DNA from: Tubulanus polymorphus
Taxonomy: Eukaryota > Animalia > Nemertea
Assembly: GCF_964204645.1 (NCBI RefSeq)
Contig: NC_134026.1
Span: 21,858,150-21,922,149, forward strand
Direction of reading: 5' to 3'
Length of the DNA: 64,000 nt
Made by a program: the position numbers and the translations under genes. The notes beneath the pieces were generated by a model. It was not told where the DNA came from. It was given only the letters and a program-made list of their open reading frames with translations, and ran no database searches. Shown piece after piece: positions 23,058-45,955 of this stretch. Numbering within the stretch: position 1 is the first letter of the stretch; the number at the start of each line of letters is the position of its first letter.

Positions 23058-26000
23058 CTGGTATCAGTGGTATCGGGGTATCAGTAGTATCACCGGTCTC
23101 GGAGAGGATCGGACAGTATCGCTGGTATCAGTGGTATCGTGGAATCACTAGTATCACCGGTCTCGGAGAGGATCGGACAGTATCACTGGTAACAGTGGTA
23201 TCGGGGTAGCAGTAGTATCACCGGTCTCCGAGAGGATCGGGCAGTATCACTGGTATCAGTGGTATCGGGGTAGCAGTAGTATCACCGGTCTCGGAGAGGA
23301 TCGGACAGTATCACTGGTAACAGTGGTATCGGGGTAGCAGTAGTATCACCGGTCTCCAGAAGGATCGGGCAGTATCACTGGTAACAGTGGTATCGGGGTA
23401 GCAGTAGTATCACCGGTCTCCGAGAGGATCGGGCAGTATCACTGGTATCAGTGGTATCGGGGTAGCAGTAGTATCACCGGTCTCGGAGAGGATCGGACAG
23501 TATCACTGGTAACAGTGGTATCGGGGTAGCAGTAGTATCACCGGTCTCCAGAAGGATCGGGCAGTATCACTGGTAACAGTGGTATCGGGGTAGCAGTAGT
23601 ATCACCGGTCTCCAGAAGGATCGGGCAGTATCACTGGTATCAGTGGTATCGGGGTAGCAGTAGTATCACCGGTCTCCAGAAGGATCGGGCAGTATCACTG
23701 GTATCAGTGGTATCGGGGTAGCAGTAGTATCACCGGTCTCGGAGAGGATCGGGCAGTATCACTGGTAACAGTGGTATCGGGGTAGCAGTAGTATCACCGG
23801 TCTCCAGAAGGATCGGGCAGTATCACTGGTATCAGTGGTATCGGGGTAGCAGTAGTATCACCGGTCTCCAGAAGGATCGGGCAGTATCACTGGTATCAGT
23901 GGTATCGGGGTAGCAGTAGTATCACCGGTCTCGGAGAGGATCGGGCAGTATCACTGGTAACAGTGGTATCGGGGTAGCAGTAGTATCACCGGTCTCCGAG
24001 AGGATCGGACAGTATCACTGGTAACAGTGGTATCGGGGTATCAATAGTATCACCGGTCTCCAGAAGGATCGGGCAGTATCACTGGTAACAGTGGTATCGG
24101 GGTAGCAGTAGTATCACCGGTCTCGGAGAGGATCGGGCAGTATCACTGGTAACAGTGGTATCGGGGTAGCAGTAGTATCACCGGTCTCCGAGAGGATCGG
24201 GCAGTATCACTGGTATCAGTGGTATCGGGGTAGCAGTAGTATCACCGGTCTCGGAGAGGATCGGACAGTATCACTGGTAACAGTGGTATCGGGGTAGCAG
24301 TAGTATCACCGGTCTCCAGAAGGATCGGGCAGTATCACTGGTAACAGTGGTATCGGGGTAGCAGTAGTATCACCGGTCTCCAGAAGGATCGGACAGTATC
24401 ACTGGTATCAGTGGTATCGGGGTAGCAGTAGTATCACCGGTCTCCGAGAGGATCGGACAGTATCACTGGTAACAGTGGTATCGGGGTATCAATAGTACCA
24501 CCGGTCTCCAGAAGGATCGAGCAGTAACACTGGTAACAGTGGTATCGGGGTAGCAGTAGTATCACCGGTCTCCAGAAGGATCGGGCAGTATCACTGGTAT
24601 CAGTGCTATCGGGGTAGCAGTAGTATCACCGGTCTCCAGAAGGATCGGACAGTATCACTGGTAACAGTGGTATCGGGGTAGCAGTAGTATCACCGGTCTC
24701 CTGAAGGATCGGACAGTATCACTGGTATCAGTGGTATCGGGGTAGCAGTAGTATCACCGGTCTCGGAGAGGATCGGACAGTATCACTGGTAACAGTGGTA
24801 TCGGGGTAGCAGTAGTATCATCGGTCTCCTGAAGGATCGGGCAGTATCACTGGTATCAGTGGTATCGGGGTAGCAGTAGTATCACCGGTCTCCAGAAGGA
24901 TCGGACAGTATCACTGGTAACAGTGGTATCGGGGTAGCAGTAGTATCACCGGTCTCCTGAAGGATCGGGCAGTATCACCGGTATCAGCGGTATTGGGGTA
25001 GCAGTAGTATCACCGGTCTCCAGAAGGATCGGGCAGTATCACTGGTAACAGTGGTATCGGGGTAGCAGTAGTATCACCGGTCTCCTGAAGGATCGGACAG
25101 TATCACTGGTAACAGTGGTATCGGGGTAGCAGTAGTATCACCGGTCTCGGAGAGGATCGGGCAGTATCACTGGTGTCAGTGGTATCGGGGTAGCAGTAGT
25201 ATCACCGGTCTCCTGAAGGATCGGACAGTATCACTGGTAACAGTGGTATCGGGGTAGCAGTAGTATCACTGGTCTCCAGAAGGATCGGACAGTATCACTG
25301 GTAACAGTGGTATCGGGGTAGCAGTAGTATCACCGGTCTCCTGAAGGATCGGGCAGTATCACTGGTATCAGTGGTATCGGGGTAGCAGTAGTATCACCGG
25401 TCTCCAGAAGGATCGGGCAGTATCACTGGTATCAGTGGTATCGGGGTAGCAGTAGTATCACCGGTCTCCAGAAGGATCGGGCAGTATCACTGGTATCAGT
25501 GGTATCGGGGTAGCAGTAGTATCACCGGTCTCGGAGAGGATCGGGCAGTATCACTGGTAACAGTGGTATCGGGGTAGCAGTAGTATCACCGGTCTCCAGA
25601 AGGATCGGACAGTATCACTGGTAACAGTGGTATCGGGGTAGCAGTAGTATCACCGGTCTCCTGAAGGATCGGGCAGTATCACTGGTATCAGTGGTATCGG
25701 GGTAGCAGTAGTATCACCGGTCTCCGAGAGGAACGGACAGTATCACTGGTAACAGTGGTATCGGGGTATCAGTAGTATCACCGGTCTCCAGAAGGATCGA
25801 GCAGTAACACTGGTAACAGTGGTATCGGGGTAGCAGTAGTATCACCGGTCTCCAGAAGGATCGGACAGTATCACTGGTAACAGTGGTATCGGGGTAGCCA
25901 GCAGTAGTATCACCGGTCTCCGAGAGGATCGGACAGTATCACTGGTAACAGTGGTATCGGGGTAGCAGTAGTATCACCGGTCTCCTGAAGGATCGGACAG

Positions 26001-26067
26001 TATCACTGGTATCAGTGGTATTGGGGTAGCAGTAGGATCACCGGTCTGGGAGAGGATCGGGCAGTAT
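23058..26067 (+). repeat. 64-bp minisatellite, ~47 units (left arm)
   Basis: Unit CAGTATCACTGGTAACAGTGGTATCGGGGTAGCAGTAGTATCACCGGTCTCGGAGAGGATCGGG; period from CCGGTCTC at 23093, 23157, 23221. Confidence 0.97.
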
Positions 26068-27096
26068 GCCATGAAGTTATAAGCAATAGTGAACTTTTAA
26101 TTCTAGATATTTAAGATTCAAGCTAGTGTAGTATATTTGAAATGTGCGATGAACTGTGTTAATTTGTAGTAATGTTTTAATTCAAAGTTTGTATGATCAT
26201 GATATCCTTAAGATGTTCCACAATAATAAATTAGATATATGTATCATAAATATGAATTAATTGACCTTAAGATTGTATCTACTTACACTACATTCAGAAG
26301 GAGGGCGATTTTTACCTACTTTGAGGAATTTGGATTTTAGGGGAATTTAACCCTGAGGATTTTTACCACTAGCCGCTTTATATACCATCGTCGAACTGTC
26401 TATTTTACAGATGCACAGCCACTATTTAACCATAAGTGGCAAGAAAATTATAAGTAGAGGGAACTGTCCCAGATTACCGCGAACAGCAGAATTAACAGAA
26501 CGTTTCTTTACCCTGAGCAGATATTTGCGAAATTTGATGAAAAATTTAAATTGTGGGCAATGTACATCTCTTAACAAATACATAGTAAAATACCCACGAT
26601 ATATACCGTCATACTCTCTATACCGTCAAAATTTTCTTCACCGATGTGGATGGTATATCGGGGGTTGACTGTATTACAAAACAAAATAATTAATTCAAGT
26701 GATGAAAATATAATAGTAATAAAACTTGACGAGGACGTATCCAGGAAAATGCAAAATGTGATTTACTTCTTTAAAATGAAATATTACACGCTTCCGCAAA
26801 TTGTTCGCAAATGTTCTACATTTGAATTATCGATCCTGTAATGGGCTCAAGTAAAATTAAACCACCTGCATATTTTAACGCTCCAAGATCTGGCTATGTG
26901 ACTACCAAAACTATGTAAGCTATCGATGCAAGCGGTGAAAAACAAAGAAGAAATAAGCCCCGGCCCTTGTTTTAATCCAATGAAAAATTCCGGTTTCATG
27001 TAACCGGCATATTTCCATATGAAATAAAAATCAATTAAAATATTCTTCGTTTCAGTAATGATTTGAAAAGTAATGAGTAATGAATACGGTCGAAAG

Positions 27097-27760
27097 GGGG
27101 GTCATCCCTAGATTCCCCAGGTTCTATGTTCCCCGGGCCCTATATTCCCCGGGTTCCATGTTCCCCGGGTCCTATATTCCCCGGGTTCTATATTCTCCCA
27201 AAGGAAATAATACAACGAGGGTTCCATATATTCTCCAAATAATAAAAACGTTGACCGGTGTCCATACCTATGCTTTTTAATAATAGTCCATCAATCATGT
27301 CATGTATTTGCTAGATACTATAAATTTGATACAGACAAGGTGCTTTTATTTTTTGCAAACGCCAGAACTTAACGAGAGAAATTCGAGATGACAATTAATC
27401 GATCGATCAGGTAATTTATTCAGTAGTTACGTCACACTGTAAAAAGGCTTTGAAACTTGCCCGGGAGATTTTTAATTGTGATTCATGTCGTTAATTTTCA
27501 TTTAATAGAATAAAGATAAAGATAAAGATAAAGATACATGTAGTGCCGATTTTCAACATCAACTAATTGGCAGCCTGACGCGTTATCATGCTCTGAATTC
27601 CCGGCGCCGAAATTGAGTGTATGTGGCCATGGGAACAAAGGACCTTTTTATACATTTTCCATAATCTTCCAGGAATATCGGATCCGGGGAATATAGAACC
27701 CCTTTTATGTTTAATCTCCCTTGGGGGAACATAGGACCCGAGGAACATAGGTATGGACCC
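27097..27760. mobile_element. Nested MITE with subterminal ~16-bp repeats
   Basis: CTATATTCCCCGGG-type repeats inverted at the two ends; direct repeat GTCGAAAG at 27089-27096 and 27761-27768. Confidence 0.75.
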
Positions 27761-28851
27761 GTCGAAAGCACGACTTGCGTCCAGTCTTGGAATAATAATA
27801 AGTATAGCCGCGAGTACTCCAAGTCCAGTAGAACAGCATACAATCATGTGTACACTATGGTAAAAAACTTCTAGGTAGAAATCCCCAAATATTCAAAGTA
27901 GGTAAAAATCCCCACTTGGTGATTTTCAAGACCATTTCAAAGCAAAATGATACTCCAATTTTATTAATTTGCGATGAGACTGAAATATGTTTGGACTGTG
28001 CAATGAAATCTTTCGTTGTGATAAATTCTTAAGTAAACTCTTAGATTTCAATAAATTGTTAGAATTAATAAGAATAATACACTTTTATTTGTAATACCTT
28101 TAAATTCGAACCGGAATATCTTTGACCTGTGAACTCTTGTTAACTTGTGGTATATTTGAGCTGCGCGATGCAATGAATTATGAGCAATAACGAACTTTTA
28201 ATTCTAGATATTTTAGTTTCAAACTAGTGTAATATATTTGACAAGTGCTAAGAACCCTTTCATTAAGCTGTGTGATAACTTTTGAGTACTAATTTAGTAT
28301 TAATGAATTTTTGATTTGTAGTATGTTTGAATTCAAGTAGTATATGCAATAGTTTGTATACTCATGATATCCTTATGATGTTCCACAATAATAAATAGGA
28401 TATGTGTATCATAAATATGAAATACCGGTAAATATGAATTAATTGACCTTAAGATTGTATCTACTTAAACTACATTCAGAAGGAGGGGGATTTTTACCTA
28501 CTTTGAAGAATTGGGGATTTTTACCAAGGGGATTTTTACTGCACGGTAAAAGACACAGATTATCCGAGGTGATTGTGAAAAACACCAGGGAAAATTGGAA
28601 ATTTTTGCAAAACTATTAAAGTTTTTCAACTAAAGAATATTACAGTATTTCATTGACTTTTGCTGTGAAATCAAATTTGGGGGGATTTTGGGTTTTTTTT
28701 ACCTAGGAGGGATTTTTACCTGTTACCAAATTATACTCTTCATCCATATGTGTACAGTTGCGTCCGCCTTACTCAGTGCTGGTCAACTTAGTATGACACT
28801 TAAGTTGTTGAATTTTACAAATAGGTATTTTGATGGACCTTCTATTTACAC

Positions 28852-29595
28852 GGGATACGCCCATAATACCTCCGCCCAAAATGCCTCCGTCCAAAATCCC
28901 ACACCCAGAATCCCTCCACCCAGAATACCCTCATATGTGTCCAAAATACCTCCACCCAGAATTTAAAAAAAAATACTATAATTATATTATTTAGATGTTT
29001 AAAGTACCACCAATATTGACTATTATTCATGTATAGGATCATATATAATGTATTACGGTATATATAAACCTACTGAATAATAATTGAATAACAATTAATG
29101 ACAATGTTCACTTGCAATTAGTTTTGGCTGGGAATATTAATTAGTTTATCTCATGTCTTTAATCTTATGCTAGATTTCTCTGGAAACTATTCAATATTTA
29201 GATTATAGAATATTAATTAGTCCTATAATCTAAGAAAACAATGTACTACATTTCGCTTTACACACTGAATTCAGTTCATTTCCATTTAAGTGCAACTATG
29301 ATCACTGAAATTAACATTATACTTTGTTTTGCTCAATTAACTACTTTTAAACTATAGAACTTTGGTTTATTTGAGTATTGCCTGTAAATTAAAACTTGGG
29401 GGGGGGGGACAAAATATTCATTCTAAAAAATTATATTTCTAATAGGTTCAAATTTTTGTCCTTCGGGCATAAACCCATTAGATCTAGGGCCTGGAGGTAT
29501 TTTGGACACATATGAGGGTATTCTGGGTGGAGGGATTCTGGGTGTGGGATATTTGGGTGGAGGTATTTTGGGCGGAGGTATTATGACCCGGATTC
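28852..29595. mobile_element. Nested MITE (Mutator-like) with ~100-bp repetitive TIRs
   Basis: CATAATACCTCCGCCCAAAAT... / ...ATTTTGGGCGGAGGTATTATG; direct repeat ATTTACAC at 28844-28851 and 29596-29603. Confidence 0.8.
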
Positions 29596-30447
29596 ATTTA
29601 CACAGCCGATAGTCAATTGGTGAAATATTTTCAATACCAATGCTACTAAAGCTGAGTTGTGGTCAATGGTAGTTCATTCAATGTTATAAAAACTGTGATG
29701 ATCTGATACATTACTGCGTTGTATGCTTTTGATATTTTTGTGTTGTATGACTTCATTGGTGATTATATTTCTCAGGTATCATTTACATTTTACTTTACAT
29801 TTTATTGTATCATATATTGTACATAATAGCAATGATTTATTCTCCATAGTCTTAATCTGCAATCTTGATATTGGTGCATATGTTTGTTTACAATATACTT
29901 AATTAGGCTGTTTAAAATTGAGAAACACTAATTAGTGAGTGACTTGTGACTTAACTAATTTTTTTTAAATAAAGAAGTTTCCAGTTTCTAGGCGCCATTT
30001 TGTGGCGGTCCCTCGAGGTCCCCATTGTTGCGATAATTTGCACTCATTTTTAAAACATAAGTTTAGATTGAATATCATATAGTTCTGCAGTCCCTTGCTC
30101 GACGAAATTAATTTATACACCATTTTTAAGGAAACGAAATGCAGATATTTGCTGGCGTTTCTTGGAATTTTTGAACGCAACAATTGAGAACACTGACGAT
30201 GTGACCCCAAGGACCGCATATCTTAACCGCGCGTAAAAGAAATCGCAACATTCATTAATTTCAAAATATCTAAGTATCTCTTAAAGCTATATTTCCAATT
30301 TTTACAGAGTTTAAAGAGGGTTATTTGCAGTTTAAGCCTGCGTTGAATATTTTTTTGAATATCTTTCCTGACGACTGATCTGTACCCGCTTGAGTTTGAG
30401 ATTACCCGATAAAGTTAGATAATTTGATACGCCTTCAACAAATCTTC

Positions 30448-30591
30448 CAGGGGCCAGTTGCATAGTTATGGCTTAGACTTAAGACCAGTCTAAGACCAAC
30501 TTAGTTCTATAGCCAATCTAACAACTTGAGACCAGTCTTAAGATTTAAGACCACTTTTGGACTTAAGTCACAAACTGTGCAACTGGCCCCC
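30448..30591. mobile_element. Nested small MITE (Harbinger-like)
   Basis: GGGGCCAGTTGCATAGTT...AACTGTGCAACTGGCCCC; termini are related to the 9054/44678 family. Confidence 0.75.
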
Positions 30592-30819
30592 GATCCTTAG
30601 CTGCTATGTACTATTCAAAATCAAAAAACTTAGTACGGAGAGTATTACCAGGCAGTGGATACGGCGCACCAAAAAATGAAACCAAATTTTGCAACTCTGG
30701 AAAATAAATACATGTACCACCGATAAAAATTCCACTGTAATACTAGTCAAACCTCGCTACAACGAGATCTTTTATAACGAAATATCGGTTTAATCAAACG
30801 TGTCCGGCGCAAAAAAGTC

Positions 30820-32558
30820 TACTGCTACCCCGATACCACTGTTACCAGTGATACTGCCCGATCCTCTCCCAGACCGGTGATACTACTGCTACCCCAATAC
30901 CACTGATACCAGTGATACTGCCCGATCCTTCAGGAGACCGGTGATACTACTGCTACCCCGATACCACTGATACCAGTGATACTGTCCGATCCTCTCAGAG
31001 ACCGATGATACTACTGCTACCCCGATACCACTGATACCAGTGATACTGCCCGATCCTCTCGGAGACCGGTGATACTACTGATACCCCGATACCACTGTTA
31101 CCAATGATACTGCCCGATCCTCTCCGAGACCGGTGATACTACAGCTACCCCGATACCACTGATACCAGTGATACTGCCCGATCCTTCTGGAGACCGGTGA
31201 TACTACTGCTACCCCGATACCACTGATACCAGTGATACTGTCCGATCCTCTCAGAGACCGATGATACTACTGCTACCCCGATACCACTGTTACCAGTGAT
31301 ACTGCCCGATCCTCTCCGAGACCGGTGATACTACTGCTACCCCGATACCACTGTTACCAGTGATACTGTCCGATCCTTCAGGAGACCGGTGATACTACTG
31401 CTACCCCGATACCACTGTTACCAGTGATACAGCCCGATCCTCTCAGAGACCGATGATACTACTGCTACCCCGATACCACTGTTACCAGTGATACAGCCCG
31501 ATCCTCTCAGAGACCGATGATACTACTGCTACCCCGATACCACTGTTACCAGTGATACTGTCCGATCCTCTCAGAGACCGATGATACTACTGCTACCCCG
31601 ATACCACTGTTACCAGTGATACTGTCCGATCCTCTCCGAGACCGGTGATACTACTGCTACCCCGATACCACTGTTACCAGTGTTACTGCCCGATCCTTCT
31701 GGAGACCGGTGATACTACTGCTACCCCGATAGCACTGTTACCAGTGTTACTGCTCGATCCTTCTGGAGACCGGTGATACTACTGATACCCCGATACCACT
31801 GTTACCAGTGATACTGTCCGATCCTCTCGGAGACCGGTGATACTACTGCTACCCCGATACCACTGTTACCAGTGATACTGTCCGATCCTCTCGGAGACCG
31901 GTGATACTACTGCTACCCCGATACCACTGATACCAGTGATACTGCCCGATCCTTCAGGAGACCGGTGATACTACTGCTACCCCGATACCACTGATACCAG
32001 TGATACTGTCCGATCCTCTCAGAGACCGATGATACTACTGCTACCCCGATACCACTGTTACCAGTGATACTGCCCGATCCTCTCCGAGACCGGTGATACT
32101 ACTGATACCCCGATACCACTGATACCAGTGATACTGCCCGATCCTCTCGGAGACCGGTGATACTACTGATACCCCGATACCACTGTTACCAGTGATACTG
32201 CCCGATCCTCTCCAAGACCGGTGATACTACTGATACCCCGATACCACTGTTACCAGTGATACTGCCCGATCCTTCCAGAGACCGGTGATACAACTGATAC
32301 CCCGATACCACTGTTACCAGTGATACTGCCCGATCCTCTCCAAGACCGGTGATACTACTGATACCCCGATACCACTGTTACCAGTGATATTGTCCGATCC
32401 TTCTGGAGACCGGTGATACTACTGATACCCCGATACCACTGTTACCAGTGATACTGCCCGATCCTCTCCAAGACCGGTGATACTACTGATACCCCGATAC
32501 CACTGTTACCAGTGATACTGTCCGATCCTCTCAGAGACCGATGATACTACTGATACCA
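30820..32558 (-). repeat. 64-bp minisatellite, ~27 units (right arm, inverted)
   Basis: Reverse complement of the left-arm unit. Confidence 0.97.
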
Positions 32559-34362
32559 GTGTTGCTACGGATGCTTTCGGCCCGTGTTGTATGCGGTGGT
32601 CCTGTTCTCACTGTATTGTCCCATGGCGCCCTCTACATAGCCGCCATCTTGAAACGGTGTTCTGGTACACCACCGAACAACCCTATGAACCCTGTATTGG
32701 ATGGCCCAGTAATTGTATACACTTGCGCCTGATGGATGAGATATCAGTAAATTTCACAGTCAACAAGACCGGTAAATAATAGGAATTTTCTGAACAATAT
32801 GTTAATAGGAATTTTCTGAACAATGTGTAAGTGTTGCATTGCAACAATTATTGTACACGATTAGGTGCTCAATCAGATCCTCTGCTCGCCCCTTAAGGCC
32901 TACTGCAGTCTAGATCCTGCATGTCTCGAACATCCTACTACCTTAACCCACACACAATCTATAGCTCGGAGTGCACAGGCCATCATCTGCTCAGCATCCA
33001 GGCCCTGAATATTAGTATGTCATGTGAACGTGTAAAAATGGTAGAAGACGAAGAGAGTTCAATCCAGGCTCCTGCTCTATACATGTAGGTCCACTGAGAG
33101 AAATGTACATTATGGGTCCATGGCTTACAAAACTGGTGATTCCTCTTTGGGGAAACATTCTTGAAGGTCCTCTTGATGCTGAACATAACATTGGCGAATG
33201 AGACCTGGTAATTAAATACTCCTTCCATCCTTGCAACAACCAAGAGAAAAAACTTGAAAACAAATTTAATATCATTATAATGTATTTTTTATAATATGGT
33301 CGTCTGATACAACACTGTCGAACCAGTCTCTGAGGTTTGTACACTTGTACACAAGAACAGTAGCGCCACACAATGACCGTGCGGTAACTATAACTATTTC
33401 TTAAATTTACAGATTTAAACTAATTCTGTTTTGGTATATCGTTGTGATCATTCACATCAAGTGTCATGTAAGTAGTAAAAATAGGGTAGAAATCTTGCTG
33501 AGGGGAAATTAATAGAATTCATTTCGAAAGACATGTACAATTTTGTCATTCAAACATTCATCAAGTAGTCAAGTCGAATCACATAATGATCAATTTCCCC
33601 TCGAAGAAGGTTTCTGTCTGAATGGGTAGTATTTCGAGGGCAACTCGGCGTAATAATTCTTAATTTTATCACAATTGCTCGTAGCATTATGGTTTAGAGA
33701 GGCAGGGAGATATCCAGGTGAGAAGTCCACCACGGCCCGATTCACAGGAAATATAAAATCATCTGTCTTCGTATTTTCATATCTACAAGAACGCAAACAC
33801 ATGTATGTACCCTATTCAATACAATATATACATGTACATAATAATATTTATAATACCACACTATTGAAATATTTGAACTTAATAATGATAATTATAGTAC
33901 CTATCACAAGAATTTAGACTTAATGTATTTTGATAATAATAACAATAACTTAAAATCTCGTCAACAATGTACAATTTTAAACGCTATTTAGATACAAATA
34001 TTATATCTTTGTTCCACTGTGGAGTGTTTGAAATAATATCCCTAAATTGCACGTATCTAAATGAGCTAAGTATTTTACTGCGTTTACAATTTGAAACCTG
34101 GAACAAAAATATGACTGATCATACAGTGATCGAGTGCGCTTGTCAGTTTCATTACCAACATCTTTCCTCCTTGTTTCGAGGCAATCACTAGGCACAGCTT
34201 GAACGTGATGATACAGTACACCCTCAAATGCAAACAAAAAAGTAACTGATTTTCAACATCATTAACGCCCAGGGGTGGATCCAATGGGAGGATGCACACC
34301 CCTCCGCTAAAGATGTCACGTTACCCCGAAATTTCACGGGAAAATGAAAAATATTAAATTAA

Positions 34363-34587
34363 GGCTAAAAAAAATTGATACCTTGTTTCTCCACTCTGCT
34401 GAGCTGAGCTTAAATGTTGACCCGGCCGGCCGCCTATCTACCCTATACATTACTTTTTTTAAAATCGTGATCAATTTTACCATAACAGACCCGGCCGCTA
34501 TAGAAATGAACTGTTTATAAATTGTATCATATTTTACAAAAATGACCCGGCCGCTGCGGAGAAACAAGGTATCATTTTTGTTTAGCC
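34363..34587. mobile_element. PIF/Harbinger (Tourist-like) MITE
   Basis: TAA|GGCTAAAAAAAATTGATACCTTGTTTCTCC...GGAGAAACAAGGTATCATTTTTGTTTAGCC|TAA; related single ends at ~6046 and ~12343. Confidence 0.75.
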
Positions 34588-34599
34588 TAATACCTAAAA

Positions 34600-34820
34600 C
34601 AGGGCTGCCAACAAGCTGCTGCAAAGTGCTAACAGTAACAAGGTGAATTTTTTCGGTAACATTTCATTGAGATAAGAAAATGCTCAAATCATCAGTAATC
34701 TAAGTTATGAACCTCAGTAAAATCTTTCACATTTCTGTATGGATCAAACAAATCACATCAGCATTTTTTCGGACAAAATATTAACAAAGTACTGAAAATC
34801 TGGAACAGTTGGCAGCTCTG
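34600..34820. mobile_element. Small MITE with CAGGGCTGCCAAC-type termini
   Basis: CAGGGCTGCCAAC ... GTTGGCAGCTCTG; CTAAAA directly flanks both ends. Confidence 0.55.
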
Positions 34821-36429
34821 CTAAAATGTATTAAATTCATAAGCTTGTTCTCTGTATTTCCAAAAATGATGTTTTCCGATGAACTCTTTTTCGGGGTGCC
34901 CTTTCAATTATATGATATGCCCTTTTTAGGGGTGCGCCCCTCCCTGAATCAGACCTTAGATCTGCCCCTGGTGCCTTTCAAATATATTCTGGAGACCTTT
35001 CCATGGACTGAAATACTGGTAAGCGACATTACAAAAATAGGTAACAAAAATATATACCGGTACTGAGGCGAGTCAGATAATGCAAACCTGTCTCCATGGT
35101 GTGACATTTCAATGCCCAGATTGTGCAAGTAAGCTAATTTTTTTGGCAGAAATTAGATAATCATCTAAAAATACTATTCACAATGATGATAACAATAATG
35201 TCGAAAGGGTAATAAAATGTCATGGCTCCCTGGCTTCGTTCAATACTAGCTGCCTTTTCTATGATATACTTGAATACGTTGATATACAATGATTCTTTAT
35301 CAAAAATTCAGAAGCTTCATCAAATGAATTTTAGATATAATGTAATCAATTATGAAAGTTGAATATTTTTTATATCAGAGTAAAGCTTCAGAAAAGAGTC
35401 TATTGAACCTACTTCAGCAAGTCAGTTCCTGAAAGGCAATGCAAATAACATTAATTCAAGCAACTAAATTGAAAAGAAAAATTGGAAAGATTTTGGTTTC
35501 GATGAAAATATGCTTTCTTTTATATTATTCCTACTTCCCAGTTTTGGCCGGAAAAAATAATCAGTTATTTAAAGTTTTCACTAAAAGCCTTGTCATAAGA
35601 TAAACAACTTAAAACATTGATCCAAATTAAACAATCACCTTTCGTTTTGAAAGCAAATTCGATAAAATAGTAACTGACAAACCTGGTATTTGCAACGTAG
35701 CAATGCCATCACCGGACAAAAATGGTTGAAGTAATGATTGAAAAACTATTTCAATTTCTCTTTAAAACTTATAAAAGTTTAGGATAGGTCATATTATCAC
35801 ACTATATATTCACTATGAATCAGTGAACGGACAGACTTGTCAAAATCAAAATTGCCACAAAAACTTACTATAAAGACCTGCAGTTATGAGCTTATGAAAA
35901 TCGCAAAATACTTTCCCAATATCATTGAACATTTCCAAGCAACCAAAAGTATAAACCTCGAATCAATTCTGACTGGGACATATTTCTGCGTATTTTTCTT
36001 ATCATTGGCCATTTTGATTAGAAGATTGCTAGTTCTTTACCACGAAAAATTTGTTAACTCATGAAATCAATGGAACAAGTAAGTAGATATTGATGTATTA
36101 GCAGCATGGCTGGTCTTCATCAGTTCAACAAATGAGGCTTCACATACAAACAAGTGGCAAATGACATATTTAAGAACAAGGCAAACTTGCTGATATAAAC
36201 AAACAATGCGCATCTAATATACAGAATCAACAGAATTACCGGTATATAGAAGTGAATAAGACATTATTTTACATTCGCTCTGAATAAAATCAACGAAGTC
36301 ATGAAACACTTTCTGTCATCGATGGTGTATGATAGCCTGTCATGAAAAACCTTATATATTCTATCAATTCGAGCCTACCCATAAAACAATAACCAGCCAA
36401 CAATTCACAGAACAAAAATTCATATGATG

Positions 36430-36549
<120 letters not shown>

Positions 36550-37395
36550 TAGATGAAGTGTCAGTTGTCATTTATCACAATGATTACTTGATATAATATA
36601 CAAAGTAAGTATTGCCACTGTAGTATTACTTTATTATCGTATCAGTAGAACAAATTTCGCACAAAAATCACAGAAATAATTTCGTTCCGATGATCGGCCG
36701 CGCGAAATCATTTATTACAAAAGCCATGTTTTTTCCATACACACACGTCAGTTTCCCTTTTCAACAGAGAACTAAAACTTATCACCCAGCAGATCACATA
36801 TAATAATAGTCGTTTCACACTGCGTTCGCGTTATGCCATCCGTTCGTTTTATATTCAAATATTTGATTCACGCTGCGGGCACCATTCGCCCGGTAGAAGT
36901 CGAGAGACGGTGACGTCTGAGATCGTACGAGGAATACACATACACGCATCCGAACTCGCGTGCGCACACTAACACACATGATTATTTCATCTTTGGCATT
37001 ATTGTTGTTGTTGTAGTTATAATCAAACATGTAGAACTATTCCAGACAACTTCGTCAACGCCAATAAATGAGCATTTCAAATTACCGTTCTTTCATGCCA
37101 TTACACATAAATATTATGCCGATTATGCCAATATCGTGAGCGCGTCTATGCTGCTAAAGATAGACTAATTGTTGCACTTCTTAATGATAAAATTATAGTA
37201 TCAATAACAATAGGTGATATGGTAACCCGATGTGGATTACGTCATTGACCCAAACTGGCCTGAAGTTCATCCGTTCTACGTATGTGCGTCACGTAAAATT
37301 CCGTGTACAAAACATATCTGATATTTTAGACAATCACAATTGGTTTGGGAATCATTTATCATCATTCGCGTACAAATATAGATTTTGAAACGGAA

Positions 37396-45955
<8,560 letters not shown>

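Larger units (their letters stand above)
22930..32682. mobile_element. 9.75-kb Foldback-type non-autonomous DNA transposon with modular TIRs
   Basis: ~130-bp unique outer TIRs (22930-23060 vs 32555-32682), inner inverted 64-bp arrays, GG...CC termini, and 8-bp TSD CTATGAAC (22922-22929; 32683-32690). Confidence 0.9.

Noticed and set aside
23058-32558. CRISPR-like array or repetitive coding sequence
   Set aside because: There are no unique spacers, the context is eukaryotic, and no long ORF is present. It is a minisatellite forming transposon arms.
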